Shown one piece after another: positions 1 to 9,000 of a DNA stretch of 23,649 nt. Within the stretch, counting starts at the first letter, position 1. Every line of letters begins with the position of its first letter. Source of the stretch: Candidatus Micrarchaeia archaeon (GTDB lineage Archaea > Micrarchaeota > Micrarchaeia > Anstonellales > Bilamarchaeaceae); NCBI GenBank assembly GCA_046538155.1, contig JBKHJL010000013.1, forward strand, positions 1 to 23,649. Reading direction: 5' to 3'. The notes under the pieces were generated by a model that searched no databases, was not told the origin of the DNA, and worked only from the letters and a program-made list of their open reading frames with translations. Both the position numbers and the translations under genes were made by a program.

Positions 1-3000
1 GTATTCAGGTATGAGGGACGAAAACTGGAAAAGAAGGATGCAGAGCTTGCACGTGAAATAGAAAGGTTGCAAGAGAGAAACAGGGGGATGGGAGGAAGGG
101 AGAGAATTGCAGGCCAGATTTCAGAGTTAAAGGCACAGAGAAAAAAGATCTGGGAAAAAGCAGGCAAAGCAGAAGAATATGCTGAAATGGAAAAGGAATG
201 GGAAGAAAACCAGGCAAAAATTGCAGACCTTGATGAAGAAAGAATGAAACTCAGAGAAAAAATGGAAGAAAATGGGGAACTCATTCAAAAAAATGAAAAA
301 GGCATAGAAATTGTAGGAGGACTCGCAAAAACAGATTCACTTGAGCATGAAATAGAGCGGCTGGAAAAAGAAAATGGGGAACTGGAGCAGCAGATTGCAA
401 ACCTTGATGTGGAACAGGACAGAGTAAAAAGAAAAATAGATGAAATGCGGTTGGGGCCCAATGAGATTGATGGGGTAATTGAAGGAACCTGGATAGAAGA
501 AGGGGAAGAAAGAGTAAGCATAGCCGATGCAGAAAGAGTTGTGGAAGAAACAATTGGTGAGGCAGACAAGGTACTGGAAGAAGTAACCAAAGGCAGTAAA
601 TATGCTGCACTGGAATCCCTTATTCTGGATTCTTCCCGGCACGCAGAAGAACTTTCAGCAATGTCCAAAAGCAAAGGACCAATCGCATCCAGCGCATATG
701 AAGCCAATATTGAAGATTTTAAAGACAGGGCAAAAACACATTTTGAAAAATCCCGGGAATACCTCGCTGATGGAAACTACCGGGAAGCGCGGAAAGAATA
801 TGAAGAAGGTATTGATGAGCTGCGGCAAATGGCAGCAACTGCGAAGAGGAGGAATACAAAAAGGGGTGCTTCCTACAGTGCTTTTGAGGAGGAGGCAAAA
901 ACAAGAATCAATGCCTGGGACATCCTGATGGAGGAGGCTCCGGTGCAGCCATCTGAACCGGAAAAAATGGAGGAATACAAGAAAAAGCTGGCCGCCTACA
1001 AAGAGAAAAGGCAGAGGGCACTTGCTGTGATTGGTGTGCTGAACAATGCAGATATCAATAGGGCATCCCTCCACGGATGGAGGCTGGGCTACCTTGGCAC
1101 AGATGAGCTTGGGGATACAGAACAACTTGTAGACGGAGTGCTTAGGAAAGAAGACAGCCTGGCCCTTGCTTCCTTAAACTCTGCTCAGCATGACCTGGCC
1201 AATATACGCCTGCGCATCCATGAGGGGAATACCCGTGCGGACTGGATTGAAACAGGGGTAAGGATTGGAGCAGAACTGATAGTCCCTCAGGCAATGCTTA
1301 CCAGCATACTTACTGCCCCCATAGATTACATGGGGCAGACAGGGGAATTTTCCTGGGATGCGGCTGCAAGTGCGGGAGTAATGGCTGTAGGGAGGGCCCT
1401 GCGGATGCCGGTCATTACTGAAGTTATGGGAAAATCCATGAGATATGCCAAGCTGGTAAAGGCATATGGAATGCTTGAAATAGGGTATTTTTCAGGAGTT
1501 TCAGGATACCATGCAGGACTGGGCCTGCAGGAATGGAGGAAAACCGGTACCCTCCATGTTGACACTGCTTCTTCAGCACTGTTTGCCCTGCTTCCACTTA
1601 CTCACCGGCCAGGAGTCCAGAAATTCAAGCGCCGCCTTGTAAGGAAGGCTGCGGAAAGGCTTGGGCTCGCAGAAAAAAATGGATTCTTTACACTTAAAAT
1701 GCACATGGAGGAGCCAGCCGGGGAAATGCAGTGGAGATACGGGGCCCCTGAAGGAAGCTTGCGGGAAGGTGTTTCCGCCACAAGGGCAGAAGCACTAAAG
1801 ATGCCCAAACCCACCACCAGGCCGGAGAAGAGGCCTGTAGCAAGGGAAACTGAATTCAGAACGCGGCTCAGTGAGGTGGAAAGCAAGATTAAGGAAGCGG
1901 AAGGACTGCGTGAGCAGGAGAGAGAAACAGGGCGGCCGAGCGCAAGAAGAAAACGGCTGGAGCGGGAAGCTGCGGAACAGCTCCGGGAAATGGAAATTGA
2001 AGTTCTTGAAACCCTGGGAGGGAAAATTGCAGTTGGAAAAGAGGGGCTTGGGGTGATTCCAGAGGGATTTGCAATAGCCCGCGCCGGGCCAGGAAAGAGA
2101 ATTTCTCCGGAGCTCCTTAGGGGAAGCCTTGCTAATCTAAGGCAACATGCGGGAATTTCCCCAAAAGGAAGAGTTACGGAGGCCGCTCCGGAAGAGGCTA
2201 AAAAAGTTGAAAGAGAAGAGAAATGGCTTAGCTACTATGCACTGCTTAAGGGGCGTCCCCCGGAATCGGAATTGGGAAATCTTGCAATGGAGAAGACATA
2301 TAGGGCAGATGAGCAAAGGGACGCCCTCAGAGACCCGAAATTCAGAAAGGAGATGGAGAGCCTGAAGGGAAAAAAGGAACTTGAAGAAGCAATTGCCAGA
2401 AAGGAAGAAAGAGCAAAAGAAATTGAAGAACGTGTTTCTTCAGGAGAAGAGTTGAAATTGTGGGAAGAACTTGCAGAAGCAAAAAAAATGCGTGCAGAAG
2501 CGCAGCTCCTCAGGGATAAACTTAATGGAGTAAACTCTGCCAAGCGCCTGGAGCTGGAATATGAAAGGGCGTCAACCCTATTCAAATGGGAACGGTTTTA
2601 TAGCCGGCTTGAAGGCCGTCTTCCGGACTCATCTTATCAAGACGAACTTATTTTGCACAGATTGCGCACAAGAACAGAGCAGGAGGCCCTCAGAGACCCG
2701 AAATTCAGAAAGAAGATGGAGGGCCTGAAGGGAAAAAAGGAACTTGAAGAAGCAATTGCCAGAAGAGAGAACGAAAATGATGCCCTAGAGGGATATCTGG
2801 AAGAAGGCTTTGATTTTGTAGAAGATTACAGAAACTTTGTCCAATACGAAAAAAATCGTGCGGAAATAGAAATTCTCAGGGATAAGCTTGAAAACAGAAA
2901 CACCAAAAAAAGATGGAAACAGGAGGAGAAGCGGATAATTGAGGAAGCACAGGAAGAAGGGCAGGACGTGGATGTGTCTGGGGTTGATAAATTCGTGCCG

Positions 3001-6000
3001 GCTGAAAGGCCATCAGTGTTGCCTAAGCCAGAGGAAGCAAAGGCAAAACTCCTCCCTGCAGAGAAAGGAAAGAGAAAAGCGAAAAGAAACCTTGAAATAC
3101 TTGGAATAACAGAACTTACAAAGATAAAAGAGATTGAACAGAAAATCGGGGCGGATAAACTGAAGCAAAGGGCAAATGCCCTGGCCCGCACATTCCGCGG
3201 AATTGAAGAGACAGGGAGGAAAGTAGTTGAAGCAAATCCGGAACTGCTGACAAAGCCCCAGGCTGAATTTGAAGCAGACGTCCGCAGATTAAGGCAAACC
3301 AGAAAAATAGTAACAAGGATAAAAAAAGTGGCTGACGAGAAAGACCTGAAGCTTCCAGAGGAAATGATAACTGATGTCCGCCCATACCTGAGTGAAAATT
3401 TCCAGGACGAAATTATATGGTATTTTGCCCGCCAGCAAGTTGAGAATATACTGAAAAGAAGGGCTAAAGAAGCCGAAAGGGTTGGAGAAGAAGTTCCCCT
3501 GGACATCCGTGCAGCAGTGGAAGCGAGGTTTGACGGGAGTACTACGGGCCCATGGGGAAAAGAGTTCATCCTTAAAGGGAAAACCTATTCCGGGGGGGAA
3601 GTCAAAGAGCTCGGAGAAGTAATCCATTATGCGGAAAAGATGGTGAGGGGGGAGAGGACAGTTATTCCGCTTGAACTGCGGCCTGCGGTGGAAGAACTGG
3701 CAGGCAATGCAGAGTTCAAAAAATCAGTGGAAATCCTCAAAGGACTTGAAAAAGTGGGAGAACCAAGCGCCTATCATTTCAGAAACCAGGCACGCTCCAA
3801 GGAATTTAAACTCGCACTTGAGGCACTGGAAGAAACAGGACTTTGGCTCCCCCATGAATGGACCAGAGTAAGGCTGGGGGGCGAACAGGCTGAAATGAGA
3901 AGCGACCTGCCGGAAACCTGGACAGGCATAAAAGAAGGGCAGATGTTCAACGTGGAAACCAGGAAGCCCGGGGAGCCGGGTAAAACATGGGAAATCAGGT
4001 ATGATGGGGAAATGGAGGGCAACCGAATGTATACAATAATGAGAGGACCGGTTCCTGAAGTTAGGGGAACTACCCGCGTGGCCAAGCCGGGTGAAACACC
4101 TTTTGAAGGAATATCCAGGGGGCTTAACAGAATTTCTGGAGAGATTAAGGGCAGGGAATTTAAACAGCTCAGTCCTTCTGAAGTAGACAAACTACTGGGC
4201 AAAGAACTGCTGGTTCCCCCTGAGAAAAAACTTTCTCCCAAAGCCCGGGCTGAAGAGATGAAGGTATTGGAGAACCGCATTGAAATTCTTGAAAAAAGGG
4301 TGAAGAAGCTTGAGGCAAAAATGCTTAGGGCTGAAAGAGAGGGGAGAGAAAGCGAAGCAAACGATGCATATAGAGAACTGGAATATACATACTATGAATT
4401 GGGGGACCGCAGGGCTGACCTGGGCAGGCTGCAAAGGGCGGCGGAGAGGCTGGCAGAGCCCAGAAAGAAAGGAAGCCGGGTTAGAGAAGAAGGGAAGGGA
4501 CATTCTGCAGAACTAAAAAACAAACTGGATGCAGAAACAGCGAGAAGGAGGGGAGAGGGCGAAGAATTTACTATGGATGAACCCTATTTTGAAGAAGGAT
4601 ATGGTGGCCTGCTTCCAAGGCGGAAAAAGAAAGCAAAAATAGAGAATTATCCCGATGTTGACGAATTCCATGCGATAAAAAAACTGGAAGGAGAAGAACT
4701 AACTGAAGTTCAGATTGAAAACGCAATGAAACTGTCCGCAAGGGGAAATGACCTGATTCTGGAAGGAGTTTATGGAAAACAGGACCTTACCTCACCTGAC
4801 TTTAGTATTGTCTGCAACAAAGAAGGAAAAATAATTGCTTTTGGGAAAAAGGCACCTCCTGGTTATGAAGGAGAAACACACACTGCATACATCCATGTCG
4901 ATATTAAAACAGGTGAAATGAAGGTAAGAGGAATCAGGAAACCTGAAATAAAGGGGCTTGAAGGGCTTAAAATAAGAAAAAGTATGGCCGAACAGAGAGC
5001 CGAATTGGAAAAGGAGTATGGTCTGAAACCAGAATCACTTCCAAAACCAGAAGTAGAAGCAGGAAACGTTGAACCTGCTCTTGGAAAAATAAAAATTAAA
5101 GCAAAGAAACACCCTCCCCCTGAAGTTGAAATCATCAAACCAAGAAGCCAGGTTTGGAAAAAACATGAAAAACGCATTGAACAAGCCCGCAAGGAAGGAG
5201 TTTTGCCTTTTACATTGGAGGGAGAACTTCCCAAGAGTTTTGAAAAACATTATTCCGAAATAGAAGCCAGAGCAAAAGAGCTGGGGATGACCAAAGCAGA
5301 GAAAGAGAAGTTCATTTCTGCATGGGAGGAAATTTTTGAAAAGCTTATGGTCCTGGCGGAATCAGGTGTAACCAGCAGGGGAAAAGCTCCCCGCCCCAAA
5401 CTCATAAGGTATATTGAAGCATTCAATACGCTAAGTCTGCTTACAGGCAAAATGACAGGGAAAAGAAACATTAAAAATAAAACAGAGGCACTACAGTTTG
5501 CTGAATACTATTCCAGGCAAACTCCTCTGGGACTTTCTGAAACGGCCAAAAGCTCAGTTGAAATAAAACCGACCACTACTGATGTTGAGAGCAACCCCGA
5601 GTTGCTTAAAGCCCTTTCACGGAGCATAAGAAATGCCGAAAATACGGAAAAGGGAGTAAAAGAACTAGTAGTAGTCATGAAGGAACTGAATCTGTTCGGT
5701 GAAGAGGTGGGTTTCAAAGGAGAATATGTGCTAAAGGCTTTTGAACGGGGAGGAGTTGAAGAAGCACTCCCTCTCCTAAACAGAGTTCTGAATCCCGAAG
5801 GCACATACCTCTTCCTGAACAAGCAGACCGGAAAACTTGCAGTTGCCAAAGTTGAAGGGATGATAATAAGCGGGGAGCATTTTGCAATTGCCATAAAGCC
5901 GGCTGAAGGTTTCATTAGTCCATTTACAGGAGGCAGGGGGGCGGCCAAGTACGATCCGGATGCCAGAATTTCCATTATTGATGCAACAAGAGCAAAAGAA

Positions 6001-9000
6001 TGGCAGCGACTAATACTGGATAGACATGAGCATAATCACCACCGTGATACAAATTCTGGGTACACCAGAGAAGTAAGAACTATTGGGCCAGAAGAAATAG
6101 TAATTCCCCGCTCTGAAGAATACTTAAAAGCCGGAGAACTGACTCATCAACTATCTAAAAGGGAAAACCCCCGGGAAATAATGAAATACTTAAAAGACCT
6201 CAGAACCGATGCGGAATGGGGAACAGCAGCAGAAATAATGCTCGAGCACATATCCCACAAAGCAAAAAACCCTGAAAACCCCACGCTTGCTGAAATCAGG
6301 GAAACGAGCAAATTAGTGCAAAACAGAAACGAAAGACTGGAACTGGAAATTGAAACAATGGGATTGAAACTCCTGGAAGAAACAAAAAGTGCAGAAGGAG
6401 CAATTGCTCGTCTTTCCGGATACCTGGCCCCGAATGTTGCCAGGGCCAGGCCGCTGCAGGCCGAGGCGGCCAGATACCTGATGGACAGGATAAGCGAATT
6501 CTCCGTAGACCCTGCAAAACCCACCAGGGGTGCAGTAAAACTTAGTATTGAACCGCTTGTGCAAACAAAAAGATACCAATATCTTTCAGAAATCACAAAA
6601 TGGATAGAGAAAAAAGATTCCCTGGAAGCAAAGCTTTCATTATTGCAACTGTACCGGAACAGTGACAACCCCCTCAAAGTGACAGCAGCCAATATATTTA
6701 TGAAAAATCTTGGGCTTGAAAAATCTCCGGCCAGAGGACTGGGGCTTGAAGAAATAGCCGGAGCCACGGAAAGGGTAAAGGAGCTGCTTGCCAATTCATA
6801 TGCACTGGAAGCCCTGGAGGGATTGAGTGCAGGGCAGGAATGGGTAAGGAGGGAACATCCAGGCCTTAGTGAAAGCCAGACTATACAAAAATACTTAATG
6901 GAATATGGAAAGGGGGGCTATGGACAAAAATTGGCTGCAGAAATGCTGCTAAACTATATTGACCAGGTTCCCAGAGGCCCGGAGGGGAGCCCCAAGGCTG
7001 AAGACATACTAAATGCGCTTAGCGATGCAAGAATACTGATTTCTGAAAGAAGAGACCGGATTGAAGCAATGTCAATTGCCGCTGAATACATGTTTGCTCC
7101 CTTCGAGGTTAGTGGTGCAGATGTGGTGGATATGCTCTGGGAAAGAGCAACAAATCCTTTCATTCCCCATGTTTATCAAATGGCTGCAAGGAGAATACTG
7201 GAAAAAACAGGGCTTGGCCAGATTGCCCTTGACCTGAATGCAGGAAGAGTAAAAAGAGAAGAGGTAACGAAAGAAGCTGTTGACCAGCGCCTGAAGAAGT
7301 ACATGGACGATGAATACATGGATGTTCTTGGAGTGTACTGGACAAATGTTTATGGCAAGCAGGGAAAGCCGGTTCCGGTCCGGCCAGAGTTTATCTGGAT
7401 ACCTGCAGGGGAAACGCCGCAGGCCGGGCCTAAAGAAACGCCCACGGTAGGGGTTGCTGGTGGGGAACTGGGAGGCCACCTTCCAGCAGGAAAAATAAAA
7501 TTAGAGGGAGGAGGAAGAGGGAAATGGAAACATGAAGTTCCAAAAAAGCACATACCTCTGAATAGGGAGCAGGTCATATTTGCTGTAGAACAAAATGCCG
7601 CGGGTGAAAAACTAAGTCCGAAAGCAAAGGAGTACCTCTCTGAGCATTTTGAAAAAAGAGAAAACAGGTTTTCGCCTTATGAAGCCCCAGTTGTTGCAAG
7701 AAACATTGCCAAGCTCCTTGAAGTAGTTCCTTCACAAACAATTACCCGAACCATAAAAGGAAACAGACAGCAGATAAAAGTGTATTATGAACCCAAAAAA
7801 GGAAGAATCCTTACTGTGGATAAACCACCCAAAACAGGGGAATACCAGGAAGCTACACTTACCTTTGATCCGCGGCAGGGAAGAATAATAACTGTTGATG
7901 TGGCTGAAGGTACTCCGGGGGAAATACCTTTCTGGCGCACCGGGGGAAAGCTTAAGGGACTCCAATTCCAGGAATCAGTTCCAGGGTATGAGCGGATACC
8001 CACTGAAGCCGTTGTGATGAGGGCAGGCAAACAAGGGGCTGGGGACCTTCCGCCGCTGAACGAAAAACAACAGGGATATCTTCGCGAACATTTCAGGAGA
8101 GAAAATATACTATACCGGGATGCAGAAGCGATAGCCCATAACTCTTCAGTTTTTATGGGACAATTTCCCAAGCTTAAGAAAACTAGGGGGACTATCACCC
8201 TAGACATGGAATATAATGCAGGAAACGGCAGGTTGATTGTTCCTGGGACCAAAGCTGAAGAGGGGGCAACAGTGAAAAAAGCAAAAGTAACAATTGACCT
8301 TGAAAAAGGAAAAATTTCAAAAATAGACCTGCCGAAAGAAACAGGACCTGAGGCAAAAGAGCGGCTCAAAACTCTGGAAGGCCTCAAATTCAGGGAAGAA
8401 ATAACCCCTGAATCTCCAGAGCAGGAAGTAAAGCATCCTGTACAAAGTATGGAAGCTCGGAAAGGGCCAGAAGCGGAGATTCCCAAAGAAAGGGGGAAAA
8501 AATACACGGCAAAACAAGCAATAAAAAAACTCCGTAAACTGGGAATTGAAGCACCGCCCCTGGAAGCAATGCTAGAAAGGGCACCACCGGAAGTAAGATG
8601 GAGAATCGTCAATAGTTACTCAAAAGCTATTAAAGAAAGTAATAGAGTCGCCAAAGTAGAAGAAGCAAGAAACGCCCGAACCCCTGAAGAAGAAACTGCG
8701 CAGGAAAGAAAGGCCCTGAGAGACATGGGCCTAAAAGAAATAGCCGAAAAATATAACGGCGGGGATACGGGGCGTATGATGCTGCTCATAAAGGAGCTTG
8801 GAATTGAAATTCCATCCATAACTAGGGGGCAGCAGTTAAATAGCTCCATCATAAGAATCAGGAGTGCCCTGGAAAGCGGAGAGCCGGCCAGGATTTCCAA
8901 AGTAGCACAGGAGCATGGAATAAAACGGGGCTCTCCTGAGGACAGGGCTTCTCAGTTGAAGAAAAAGCTGGATAAATTTTCTGAAGAGCTAAAAGGACTA

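Noticed and set aside
1..700. N-terminal coiled coil of the giant ORF as an SMC/Rad50 fragment
   Set aside because: The visible part has no Walker, signature or hinge motifs; the similarity is only generic heptad composition.
2323..2764. 79-bp repeat pair as the TR/VR of a diversity-generating retroelement, or as CRISPR repeats
   Set aside because: There are only two mismatches and they go in opposite directions (G/A and A/G), not adenine-specific in one copy. Both copies are in-frame coding, no reverse transcriptase is in the window, and size and spacing do not fit CRISPR.
8500..8820. YTAKQAIKKLRKLGI as a HicA toxin N-terminus, and LKEIAEKY as an HTH
   Set aside because: There is no HicA GSH motif or beta-sheet afterwards, and the matches are too short. 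Only a weak local duplication (KLGIEAP / ELGIEIP) is visible.
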